From contig NC_043026.1 of the NCBI RefSeq assembly GCF_006345805.1, positions 13,929,579 through 13,993,578 of the forward strand: a DNA stretch of 64,000 nucleotides, given 5' to 3'. The notes beneath the pieces were generated by a model. It was not told the DNA's origin. It searched no databases and saw only the letters and a program-made list of their open reading frames with translations. This document shows positions 50,925-63,231 of this stretch, in pieces. Origin of the DNA: Octopus sinensis (Eukaryota). The stretch's first letter is position 1, and each line of letters starts with the position of its first letter. Made by a program: the position numbers and the translations under genes.

Positions 50925-52325
50925 TTGCTCTTTTACTCTTTTACTTGTTTCAGTCATTTGACTGCGGCCATGCTGGAGCACCGCCTTCTAGTCGAGTAAA
51001 TCGACCCCGGGACTTATTCTTTGAAAGCCTAGTGCTTATTCTATCAGTCTCTTTTGCTGAACCGCTAAGTTACGGGACGTAAACACACCAGCATCGGTTG
51101 TCTAGCAATGGTGGGGGGACAAACGCAGACACACAAACACATATACATATATATATATACATATATACGACGGGCTTCTTTCAGTTTCCATCTACCAAAT
51201 CCACTCACAAGGCTTTGGTCGGCCCGAGGCTATAGTAGAAGACTCTTGCCCATGGTGCCACGCAGTGGGACTGAACCCAGAACCATGTGGTTGGTAAGCA
51301 AGCTACTTACCACACAGCCACTCCTGTGCCTATACATATATATATATATATACGACGGGCTTCTTTCAGTTTCCATCTACCAAATCCACTCACAAGGCCT
51401 TGGTCGGCCCGAGGCTATAGTAGAAGACACTTGCCCAAGGTGCCACACAGTGGGACTGAACCCAGAACCATGTGGCTGGTAAGCAAGCTACTTACCACAC
51501 AGCCACTCCTGTGCCTATACATATATATATATATATATATATACGACGGGCTTCTTTCAGTTTCCATCTACTAAATCCACTCACAAGGCTTTGGTCGGCC
51601 CGAGGCTATAATAGAAGACACTAGCCCAAGGTGCCACGCAGTGGGACTGAACCCAGAACCATGTGGTTGGTAAGCAAGCTACTTACCACACAGCCACTCC
51701 TGTGCCTATACATACATATATATATATATATACGACGGGCTTCTTTCAGTTTCCATCTACTAAATCCACTCACAAGGCTTTGGTCGGCCCGAGGCTATAG
51801 TAGAAGACACTTGCCCAAGGTGTCACGCAGTGGGAATGAACCCGGAACCATGTGGTTGGTAAGCAAGCTACTTACTGGACTGCGATTAGTTAAACTAAGC
51901 AAAGTAGAAATATAGAAATCTAGAAAAACAGAAGTGGCTGTGTGGTAAGTAGCTTGCTAACCAACCACATGGTTCTGGGTTCAATCCCACTGCGTGGCAT
52001 CTTGGGCAAGTGTCTTCTGCTATAGCCCCGGGCCGACCAATGCCTTGTGAGTGGATTTGGTAGATGGAAACTGAAAGAAGCCTGTCGTATGTATGTATAT
52101 ATATATATATAAATGTATGTGTGTGTGTGTTTGTGTGTCTGTGTTTGTCCCCTGTCGATGCTGGTGTGTATTTACGTCCCCGTAACTTAGCGGTTCGGCA
52201 AAAGAGACCGATATAATAAGTACTGGGCTTACAAAAAATAAGTCTCGGGGTCGATTTGCTCGACTAAAGGCGGTGCTCCAGCATGGCCGCAGTCAAATGA
52301 CTGAAACAAGTAAAAGAGTAAAGAG
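50925..52325. mobile_element. SINE A (-) with four tandem 5' halves, head-to-head with SINE A (+)
   Basis: Units of about 185-190 bp at about 51166, 51351, 51542 and 51731; plus copy 51930-52325. Confidence 0.88.
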
Positions 52326-53025
52326 TAAGAGTATTAATTTAGAGAGGGAAGATCTACAGGGGTTTCCTAGTCACAGTGATTAATCGTAGATTTAGGTGAA
52401 TTTAGGTTATAGCAAGTACAGTATTGTGTAAGAAGTACATTTAGTACATGGTTATTCTATTCATTTGTTTATCTATTATATATACTGATATATGGGTGGC
52501 AGATTATGTTGTGTAAATTGCGTAACTGTTATGGATTACGAAACAGCTGTCAAATAATAGAATAAGCATTAATTCTTTTTCCTCGCTCAATTATAAATAT
52601 ATATATATACACTACTGTCAGAAATTAATTAGCATCCTTGATTTGCTCTTCACTCAAGGTATGTGCTGTCACCTAGTGGCCATATCTCGAACTATTGCTT
52701 TGTTGCGAGTTCACTGTTGCGCAGAACGATGACGTAACTTTGTTTGCAGAGCAGTTTGAGAGTCTACAGCCTTATGATGTTGACATAGCAGTGCAACAAC
52801 AACTTGGAGTGCGGATGCAGACAAATCTTCCTTTGTTTAATAGATATAGGTAGCGCCTCGCAAGGACCGAAATCACACCATACTAAGATTTCTCATCGCG
52901 TAAGACGTTTTGAACAGCTCATAGGTTAATTGATTTAACCTATTTAATGTAGAAATTTGAGAAGTGCTAATTAATTTCTGACGCAAGTGTATATGTGTGT
53001 GTGTGTGTGTATGCATGTATGTGTA

Positions 53026-53411
53026 TCTCTCTCTATATAAACGGCAGTTTGTCTGTGTGTGTTTCTGTGTGTCTGTTTGGTTGTACCCTCACCCTGACCA
53101 CGGCTTTCAACCGATTCTGATGAAACTTGACACACACATAGCCCAATGTCATAATTCAAAACTAACACAGCGAAAATTTTGAAAAGTTCCCCCAGTTCTG
53201 AAAAAAAATCGATAAATTCGACATGGGGGTCGAGAATCAGAAACACAAACCACAGACTGTCTAGGGGACGCAACTCCACCTTTTTTAACTAAAAAAAAAA
53301 ATTTACCATCATTTTTTTCCATTTTTTTGCTATTTTTTGGCTATAACTCTCTAAAAATGCTTTATATTTATTTCCCTTACAAACCTGAGCAACGCCGGGC
53401 GATACTGCTAG
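53026..53411 (+). mobile_element. Non-autonomous Helitron (variant body)
   Basis: TC start and CTAG end. Confidence 0.78.
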
Positions 53412-53659
53412 TGTATGTATATAATACAAATAAGATTCAGTTGAATTACTTTGATAGGTTTCGGCCATTATTGGCCCAGGCCATGTCTAACTTAATAGCA
53501 CCACCTGGTGCACTTAAATTGAGACATCTTGTTAGGTCGGAATAATATTCACACCCAACAATATTAAGTGGATATCAAACTTGGTACATAAGTATCGACC
53601 GATAATAATATCCTTGCAGTGTATGTAGGCAATAATATACAAACTACTAAACTGTAGTA

Positions 53660-53950
53660 GTTTGTTTTTATTCCCGTGCGATGAGTCCGACCCCTAGTTC
53701 AGGGCTTGGCCCCTATAACCCTTATTCCATTATCTGGGGTTAGATTTTATATTGTCTATAGCCCAGGCTTCTTTGTCTGCTCTTTCTTCTCCATGGGAGA
53801 GTTGCAAACTTTTTTCAATTTCCAGCAGTTTTATTTTCAGGCAGGGCTTTTCACTGCTTTCAATTTGTTTGTTTAGGTGATTTGAAACTTTTATACGCCG
53901 TCTCTCTGGGGATTTTGTTCTTGTGTACAGTGGCCTTTCTCTCCGGGACA
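53660..53950 (-). mobile_element. LINE ORF2 fragment upstream of the RT domain
   Basis: EERADKEAWAIDNIKSNPR resembles the AI..IK.NPK linker of CR1-like ORF2. Confidence 0.5.
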
Positions 53951-53994
53951 AATTTGCAGCATATGTCTTGCATTATCTTCTACATTGTGGCACT

Positions 53995-54290
53995 ATTTCT
54001 TTACTACCCACAAAGGGATTAACACAGATGGGACAAACAAGGACAGAACGTAGCGGCAGACGAAATACCTATTTCTTTACTACCCACAAGGGGCTAAACA
54101 CAGAGAGGACAAACAAATGGATTAAGTCGATTTTATCGACCCCAGTGCGTAACTGGTACTTATTTAATCGACCCCGAAAGGATGAAAGGTAAAGTCGACC
54201 TCGGCGGAATTTGAACTCACAACGTAGCGGCAGACGAAATACGGCTATGCATTTCGCCCGGCGTGCTAACGTCTCTGCCAGCTCGCCGCC
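53995..54290 (-). mobile_element. SINE B
   Basis: Family match. Confidence 0.85.
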
Positions 54291-54499
54291 TTTATATATA
54301 TATATCATGCCACTGCCATATTAAAAGCACCCAGCACACTCTGTAAAGCGGTTGGCATTAGGAAGGGCATCAAACCATAGAAACCAAGCCAAATCAAGAT
54401 GGAACCTCATGCAGCTCTCCAGCTTGCCAACTCTGGTCAAACCGTCCAACACATGCCAGCATAGAAAACAGACAGTAAAGGAGATGAAGATGATCTCAC

Positions 54500-54522
54500 A
54501 AACCACACACACACACACACAC

Positions 54523-54553
<31 letters not shown>

Positions 54554-54902
54554 TACACACACACATACACACACACATACACACACATATACACACATAC
54601 ACACACACACATCACACACACATACACACACACATACACACACATATACACACACACACATACACACACATACAAACAATACACACACACACACACAACA
54701 CACACACATACACACATACACACACATACACACACATACACACATACACACACACACATACACACACACACATACACACATAACACAACACAACACAAAT
54801 ACACACACATACACATAACACACACACATACACAACATACACACACATACACACACAACACCACAAACACACACACATACACACACATACACACACACAC
54901 AC

Positions 54903-54932
<30 letters not shown>
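54500..54932. repeat. (CA)n-rich microsatellite
   Basis: Seen directly in the sequence. Confidence 0.95.
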
Positions 54933-54934
<2 letters not shown>

Positions 54935-55254
54935 TAAGATGATAGTTTTATTTTTGAACGTTCAGACACCATAAGAATGGCAGAAATATTGGGTAAATTA
55001 CGCTTACAAAATGGCAAAAATTGTCAGGAACCAGTCATGGGTTTGTGTCCCATAGCTGGTTGCTTACAAATTTTTCTGCTTTGTAAGGGTGGTTTACCCA
55101 ATATTCCTGCCGTTCTTGTGGCATCTTGGCGTTTGAAAATAAATTATCATCTTATTTGTATTTATATACACATTTCGACGCTTTTAAGAAAGCAAATGTT
55201 AATTTGTTTATAATCACACACACACACACATATAATATATTATTAAAAAATATA

Positions 55255-55290
<36 letters not shown>

Positions 55291-55814
55291 TCAATAAATG
55301 GTGGGGTTGTGTTGACCCAAACAACACATGCTCTTAATCCCATTGGATCCTAATACCTCAAGGTAATTTTTTCGTGAACAATCATTAAACTCAAGATACA
55401 CAACGAACTCACAATGTATCGGAGAACTTATTTTTTAATTTTTGTACATTCTTATTATTATTCTTTTGCAAAAAACAATGCAATTTTCTCTTTTTCCCCT
55501 TTCTAATTTTTAAAAAACTTTTTTAACATAAATATTCTTGACAAGTCATACAATGACGAAAACCGGTTGAATAAATATATATTTATATATTTTATCAATT
55601 TCTCATTTTATTAAAATTTTCTTTCATTTGAGCATTCTGCATTTAAAAAAAAAAAAAAAAAAAAAAATTTTCCTTGCTATATATATATATATATATAGGC
55701 TGGTGCAGCCATCTTGTTGCCAGTCCTTAATCAAATTATCTAACCCATGCTAGCATGGAAAGCGGACATTAAGCGATGATGATGATATATTTATATATAT
55801 ATTCTCTCTCTCTC

Positions 55815-55870
<56 letters not shown>

Positions 55871-55904
55871 TATAAATATTCTATATCTCTCTCTTTCTCT
55901 CTTT

Positions 55905-56329
55905 TACTTGTTTCAGTCATTTGACTGCGGCCATGCTGGAGCACCGCCTTTAGTCGAGCATATCGACCCCGGGACTTATTCTTTGTAAGCCCAGTACTTA
56001 TTCTATCAGTCTCTTTTGCCAAACCGCTAAGTGACGGGGACGTAAACACACCAGCATCGGTTGTCAAGCAATGCTAGGGGGAGAAACACAGACACACAAA
56101 CACATACACACACATACATGTATATATATATATACATATATACGACAAGCTTCTTTCAGTTTCCGTCTACCAAATCCACTCACAAGGCATTGGTCGGCTT
56201 GGGGCTATAGCAGAAGACACTTGCCCAAGATGCCACGCAGTGGGACTGAACCCGGAAACATGTGGCTGGTTAGCAAGCTACTTACCACACAACCACTCCT
56301 GCGCCTATATATATATATATGTGTGTGTG

Positions 56330-56360
<31 letters not shown>

Positions 56361-56745
56361 GAGGCGTAGGAGTGGCTGTGTGGTAAGTAGCTTCCTTACC
56401 AACCACATTGCGTGGCATCTTGAGCAAGTGTCTTCTGCTATAGCCCCGGGCCGACCAATGCCTTGTGAGTGGATTTAGAGACGGAAACTGAAAGAAGCCT
56501 GTCGTATATATCTATATATAGTGTGTGTGTGTGTATGTTTGTGTGTCTGTGTTTGTCCCCCCTAGCATTGCTTGACAACCGATGCTGGTGTGTTTACGTC
56601 CCCGTAACTTAGCGGTTCGGCAAAAGAGACTGATAGAATAAGTACTGGGCTTACAAAGAATAAGTCCCGGGGTCGATTTGCTCGACTAAAGGCGGTGCTC
56701 CAGCATGGCCACAGTCAAATGACTGAAATAAGTAAAAGTAAAAGT
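55905..56745. mobile_element. Head-to-head SINE A pair
   Basis: Minus copy 55905-56305 and plus copy 56362-56745. Confidence 0.9.
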
Positions 56746-56874
56746 AAAATATATATTCATGCACACACACACACACACACACATACATTTTGGGGAAAGA
56801 GAGAATAAAGAAAAGAGAACCGAACAGAAAAGTGAAAGAGAATGACAAAGAAACAATGTCCAGTGTATACTTAC

Positions 56875-56947
56875 CTCCTGCACAGTAAGATAGTGATTGG
56901 TGTCTATTCCATTATGTCCAGTTTGACCACTGAGCACTTCGTCTTTC
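56875..56947 (-). CDS. M14A zinc carboxypeptidase (CPA/CPB-like), exon spanning propeptide end and mature N-terminus (KDEVLSGQTGHNGIDTNHYLTVQE)
   Basis: AG acceptor and GTAAGT donor, 73 nt. HYLTVQE resembles the YHTxxEI start of the catalytic domain, and the exon ends in phase 0, compatible with the next exon. Confidence 0.75.
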
Positions 56948-56994
56948 CTAATTAAACTAGGGAAGAAATATATGTATATATATATAAATATGTA

Positions 56995-57905
56995 TGTATA
57001 CTCTTTTTATGGCAGACACCCATAAAATTATTAACCATCTTACAAACAATAACTCTGAGCACCTTTTCAAACTCCACCCGTCTAACACCCGTCGACATGT
57101 TTACAAAGTAAGAAAACAGCACAGCTCCCATGACTTCAGGAAACATTTTTTCATGCTGAGAGTTGCTGAAGCATGGAACAAACTGCTGGCATCAGTTGTT
57201 AGTTGTTGGAGCACTGCATCCTTCAAGACTTCCATGCTTCCTGAGATTTGCCAACACTGCACCTGATTTTCTCCCCTCCATACACACGCAAGCATGTATC
57301 TGACTCATACACGGTTCACTTCCCAGACATTTGTACATTACTGCATATGCAGACACCCCTAAAATTATCAACCATCTTACAAACAATAACTCTGAGCACC
57401 TTTTCAAACTCCACCCGTCTAACACCCGTGGACATGTTTACAAAGTCAGAAAACAGCACAGCTCCCATGACTTCAGGAAACATTTTTTCACGCTGAGAGT
57501 TGCTGAAGCATGGAACAAACTGCCGGCATCAGTTGTTAGTTGTTGGAGCACTGCATCCTTCAAAACTTCCATGCTTTCTGAGATTCGCCAACACTACACC
57601 TGATTTTCTCTCCTCCATACACACACAAGCATGTATCTGACTCATACACGGTTCACTTCCCAGACATTTGTACATTACTGCATATGCAGACACCCCTAAA
57701 ATTATCAACCATCTTACAAACAATAACTCTGAGCACCTTTTCAAACTCCACCCGTCTAACACCCGTGGACATATTTACAAAGTCAGAAAACAGCACAGCT
57801 CCCATGTTGGAGCACTGCATCCTTCAAAACTTCCATGCTTTCTGAGATTCGCCAACTCTGTTCACTTTCCAGACATTTGTACATTACTGCATATGCTTCA
57901 TATGC
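56995..57905 (+). mobile_element. CR1-like LINE 3' end, tandem 337-bp units
   Basis: Repeated ORFs at 57331 and 57668, with the same junction as the 14.5-kb locus. Confidence 0.85.
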
Positions 57906-58103
57906 ACTTTATCAGGTTATATATCAGGTTATTAAGAATAGAATGTCTGATTTTCTTATGCACCAAGTTTGACAGTCATTAACTCTAATGTTTTATCCTG
58001 ACAACTCCTTTTTTTACAACATCATCACTTTTCCAAATGCATTTCATGGTGTCTGATTATATTGTGAGTTTTCTCTTGTAAATCAATTTTTGTGAACCCA
58101 TGG

Positions 58104-58492
58104 ATCATCATCATCATCATCATCATCATCGTTTAGCGTCCGCTTTCCATGCTAGCATAGGTTGGACGGTTCAACTGGGGTCTGTGAAACCGGAAGGCTG
58201 CATCAGGCCCAGTCTGATCTGGCAGTGTTTCTATGGCTGGATGCCCTTCCTAACGCCAACCACTCCGTGAGTGTAGTGGGTGCTTTTTACGTGCCACCTG
58301 CGCAGGTGCCAGACAGAGCTGGCGAACGGCCACGAACGGATGGTGCTTTTATGTGTCACCGGCACGGGGCCAGGCGAGGCTGGCAACGGACACGAACGGA
58401 TGGTGCTTTTACGTGCCACCAACACGGGGGCCAGACAGAGCTGGCACGCGGCCACGAAACGGATGGTGCTTTTACGTGTCACCGGCACAGAT
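58104..58492 (-). mobile_element. RTE 3' UTR copy nested in a mariner relic
   Basis: (CAT)n tail and three subrepeats. Confidence 0.8.
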
Positions 58493-59127
58493 CATAAATT
58501 TGTGTTGTTTATGAATATGAGTTCTGTCATGGAACCAATGCATCCCAGACAGCTTGAAACAACAATGTGGTGTTTGGTGCAGATGTGGTGAATGGGTGCA
58601 CTGAATGTCGATGACTCGAGAAGATCCAGTCTGGTGACTTTACTCTTGAAAATCATCCCCGTGGTAGACCTGAGACCAAGGTGGATAACGATGAGCTGGA
58701 AACTGTAGTGGAAATGGATACATCTCAAGCTGCATGTGAGCTAGCTGCAAGGTTTGTTGTTTCGATTCCAACTGTATTGGACCATCTGAAACAAATCAGC
58801 AAGGTAAAGAATCTGAACAAGTGGGTACCACATGAACTGAATGAGCATCAAATGAGACACACCGTCTTGAAAATTGCTGTTATTTGCTGTCACGGCATAA
58901 AAGTGAACCCTTTTGCATCATATTGTTAGGTGTGATGAAAAACGGATTCTTTTCAACAATAGCAAGCATCATGTATGGTGGTTGGATAGAGACGAAGTGC
59001 CAAAACCCAATCTAAAAAAGAATATTCACCAAAAAAAAGCTAATGGCATCTATTTTGTGGTCCAGCACTGGTGTCATCCACTACAGCTTCATGAGACCTG
59101 GTAAGTCAGTTACAATGGATGTATACT

Positions 59128-60225
59128 CTTTACTCTTTTACTCTTTTACTTGTTTCAGTCATTTGACTGCGGCCATGCTGGAGCACCGCCTTTAGTTGAG
59201 CAAATCGACCCCGGGACTTATTCTTTGTAAGCCCAGTACTTATTCTATCGGTCTCTTTTTCCGAACCGCTAGGTGACGGGGACGTAAACACACCAGCATC
59301 GGTTGTCAAGTAATGCTAGGGGGACAAACACAGACACACAAACACACACACACACACACATATATATATACATATATACGACAGGCTTCTTTCAGTTTCC
59401 GTCTACCAAATCCACTCACAAGGCATTGGTCGGCCTGGGGCTATAGCAGAAGACACTTGCCCAAGATGCCACGCAGTGGGACTGAACCCGGAACCATGTG
59501 GTTGGTTAGCAAGCTACTTACCACACAACCACTCCTGCGCCTATACATCAACCAATTGGATGAAATGATGACTGAACTTGCAACGAAACAACCAAGATTG
59601 GTCAATAGAGACAGACTAATTCTCTTGTAAGACAATGCTTGACTACATGTTGCACAAACAATGCTAATCAAGTTACAAGAACTAAAATTGGAAGCACTCT
59701 GTCATCCACCATATTCACCAGACCTTGCATGAACTGACTATTATGTTTTCCAGGCATTGGACAACTTTTTGCAAGGAAAAACTTCCAATCTGAAGAAGCT
59801 TCAAAAACGGTCTTTTGTGATATATAGGGGTGGCTGTGTGGTAAGTAGCTTGCTAACCAACCACATGGTTCCGGGTTCAGTCCCACTGCGTGGCATCTTG
59901 GGCAAGTGTCTTCTGCTATAGCCCCAGGCCGACCAATGTCTTGTGAGTGGATTTGGTAGACGGAAACTGAAAGAAGCCTGTCGTATATATGTATATATAT
60001 GTATGTGTGTGTGTTTGTGTGTCTGTGTTTGTTCCCCTAGCATTGCTTGACAACCGATGCTGGTGTGTTTACGTCCCCGTCACTTAGCGGTTCGGCAAAA
60101 AGAGACCGATAGAATAAGTACTGGGCTTACAAAAAGAATGAGTCCCGGGGTCGATATGCTCGACTAAAAGGCGGTGCTCCAGCATGGCCGCAGTCAAAAT
60201 GACTGAAACAAGTAAAAGAAAAAAG
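59128..60225. mobile_element. Two SINE A copies (- then +) inserted in a mariner relic
   Basis: 59128-59545 (-) and 59826-60225 (+). Confidence 0.88.
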
Positions 60226-60371
60226 AAAGAAAGATTGATGTATATGTATATATATATTTATATATACCACCATCATCATCATCATCATCATCATCATTAT
60301 TGTTTAATGATCGCCAAATCTGATCCCTTGTCGTTTCCTCAGTCACTTCCTCAATAGCATGATATATAGAG

Positions 60372-60515
60372 AATACCAAACGAGTTCCCTATGGATACCA
60401 TATTTATTAAAACGAGTGACTTGTAAACGTATCTAACTCGCTTTCGCTCGTTAGATACTTTTACAAGCCACGAGTTGTAATAAATACGGTATCCATAGGG
60501 AACTCGTTTGGTATT
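60372..60515. repeat. Short palindromic element
   Basis: aataccaaacgagttccctatggatacc inverted at both ends. Confidence 0.8.
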
Positions 60516-60939
60516 TTATTTATTACACACGAATAAACGACCATATTTTATTAACCCAATAACTAAATTCTTCACATCGTGTTGAAGCGCGCATGAATAC
60601 AGCTTGATTTCACGTCAGTGACGTCACAATGTGTAACTATAAAAGATGTCATGCCGCAGGAAGATAGTCCGACTTTATAGCGCTAAGTTTTCAGGTGAAA
60701 TGACTGATAACTGATGACTGTTTAACGTTTTGTTAACATTCAAGTTCACGTCCAAGAAATACATAACACACGTGAAAGTAATGAATGAAGTTTAGTTGTA
60801 ACTTATGAATGACAAAAGTAGTGCCGTCACCGTGACCTCGGGTCATCACCATGGATTGACCAATCAGAAGCAGCACTCACAGTATCTGACATATGTTAGA
60901 TACCAAAAATATCTCAAAGTTTTCTCACTCACATGTGTG

Positions 60940-60977
<38 letters not shown>

Positions 60978-61162
60978 CTATATATGTATGTAAATATTAG
61001 TTATCGCCATACTAATATGGCATTCTTATAAAAATAAGAAAAAAGCTGACCGCTTATTAGCTCCATGAGGCCATCGCCTTAAGTTAGCTATTTGATACAC
61101 AAACTGTATCCATATAACCTTCGAACAAGAGAGGTCAGTCGCTCCACACTACTTGACCGGCA

Positions 61163-61204
61163 GCTACAGACGCGTTTCGGGGTATTGCCCCTTTTCAATG
61201 CAGC
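61163..61204 (-). ncRNA. Minimal type I hammerhead ribozyme, U3-A8 core variant (copy 1)
   Basis: Minus strand reads GCTGCA-TTGAAAA-GGGG caata CCCC-GAAA-CGCG-TC-TGTAGC. This gives stem I GCUGCA/UGUAGC, core UUGAAAA, a 4-bp stem II, GAAA, a 1-bp stem III with palindromic CGCG loop, and a predicted cut after C at 61169. Confidence 0.8.
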
Positions 61205-61524
61205 GTAGCCAGCCAGTAGGTGTCGCTTCCGACAATCTCTGTTCGATGGTTTTATTTACCTAGTTTCGGTGGAATACATCCACTTGTTTTCAATAATAGA
61301 AATATTAAAATAACTAAGTCTCTCTAAAAGAGAACAGCGGCAGCGTTCCCGGAAAATAATAGTTATCGCCATACTAATATGGCATTCTTATAAAAATAAG
61401 AAAAAAGCTGTCCGCTTATTAGCTCCATGAGGCCATCGCCTTAAGTTAGCTATTTGATACACAAACTGTATCCATATAACCTTCGAACAAGGGAGGTCAG
61501 TCGCTCCACACTACTTGACCGGCA

Positions 61525-61566
61525 GCTACAGACGCGTTTCGGGGTATTGCCCCTTTTCAATGCAGC
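61525..61566 (-). ncRNA. Minimal type I hammerhead ribozyme, U3-A8 core variant (copy 2)
   Basis: Identical motif to copy 1, 362 bp away. Confidence 0.8.
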
Positions 61567-61884
61567 GTAGCCAGCCAGTAGGTGTCGCTTCCGACAATCT
61601 CTGTTCGATGGTTTTATTTACCTAGTTTCGGTGGAATACATCCACTTGTTTTCAATAATAGAAATATTAAAATAACTAAGTCTCTCTAAAAGAGAACAGC
61701 GGCAGCGTTCCCGGAAAATAATAGTTATAGCCATACTAATATGGCATTCTTATAAAAAAAGAAAAAAGCTGTCCGCTTATTAGCTCCATGAGGCCATCGC
61801 CTTAAGTTAGCTATTTGATACACAAACTGTATCCATATAACCTTCGAACAAGGAGGTCAGTCGCTCCACACTACTTGACCGGCA

Positions 61885-61931
61885 GCTACAGACGCGTTCG
61901 GGTTCGGGGTATTGCCCCTTTTCAATGCAGC
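61885..61931 (-). ncRNA. Hammerhead copy 3, disrupted (GAAA replaced by GAACCCGAA)
   Basis: Same stems and core, but an indel disrupts the GAAA/stem III segment. Confidence 0.6.
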
Positions 61932-63182
61932 ATAGCCAGCCAGTAGGTGTCGCTTCCGACAATCTCTGTTCGATGGTTTTATTTACCTAGTTTCGGTGGA
62001 ATACATCCACTTGTTTTCAATAATAGAAATATTAAAATAACTAAGTCTCTCTAAAAGAGAACAGCGGCAGCATTCCCGGAAAATAATAGTTATCGCCATA
62101 CTAATATGGCATTCTTATAAAAATAAGAAAAAAGCTGTCCGCTTATTAGCTCCATGAGGCCATCGCCTTAAGTTAGCTATTTGATACACAAACTGTATCC
62201 ATATAACCTTTGAACAAGGACTGATATATTTCCTTTCCTCTCACTCTCTGTGTTGGTACCAGAAGTTTGGTAACTTGCAAACAGCAATTAACAACCTATA
62301 AAAAAAAATATTTAAAACCCCTCAGAAATAAGCCACTCTTATCTAGTTTACTTTTTCATTAATATGACAAAATGTAAAAAAAAAACAAAAAAAAAAAACT
62401 AATTTATTAAACTCCTAATCCTTGTCTTTTTTTTTTTTCCTACAAAAGGATTAAGGCGATAACTAGAATGCACCTTCTCTCACACTCTCCTCCTCTATTC
62501 TGTTATCGATAATTCCCCTCGCACTGGGAGGGGTGAAAAAAAAGAAGTTGCTTAATGTTACCTTCCAGGCCACCCGACCACTCACATCCTAATCTTCAAC
62601 TCTTGTCACTTTGACCCCTTCTATCTTTCTCTCTCACCCCCTCCCCCTTCGAGAAATATATAATTTTCTTTTGCTTGCTATATATTAACGACAGGATGAT
62701 AAGAAACGCTCCACCATCACCATTATTACTTAACGAGCCTGTCTGAAAATTAAAATCTCGACATGTACACACATGCTTTAGGAGGGCGGGAGTGGACTTA
62801 GCTTTCTGCCACCCACCTATACCACCATATTTTTTTTTTTTTAATGTGCCCCTCCCCTACATCAGATTTCCACCCCCATTGGCACTATGAAGGAAAGATC
62901 AGTTGGAGTCTTTCTACACACAATTATATAACACACACACAAAGGTAGACTCGATTGTTGTTAGTACTTGTCCAGTTTAACATGTACCTACAATATGCAC
63001 ACATGCATGCATTCCAAGTGCAGTATTTATCTTGTACACACACACACACACACGTACATACATCTGCCAAATGAACTGCTGGAAATATATAAGCAGAGAT
63101 TTTGTGTGCTCCTAGCATATATATTACAACAACACATACACACACATCTATATAGCACTCGGACACAGTTATATTTCTGATA

Positions 63183-63231
<49 letters not shown>

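Larger units (their letters stand above)
60998..62220 (-). mobile_element. About 3.4 head-to-tail copies of a 362-bp hammerhead-bearing repeat (retrozyme or Penelope-like pseudo-LTR type)
   Basis: Unit starts at 61001, 61363, 61725 and 62090. Units are nearly identical, with one hammerhead motif per complete unit. Confidence 0.8.

Noticed and set aside
52680-52852. 57-codon plus-strand open frame (PYLELLLCCEF...)
   Set aside because: It has no start, splice context or recognisable domain.
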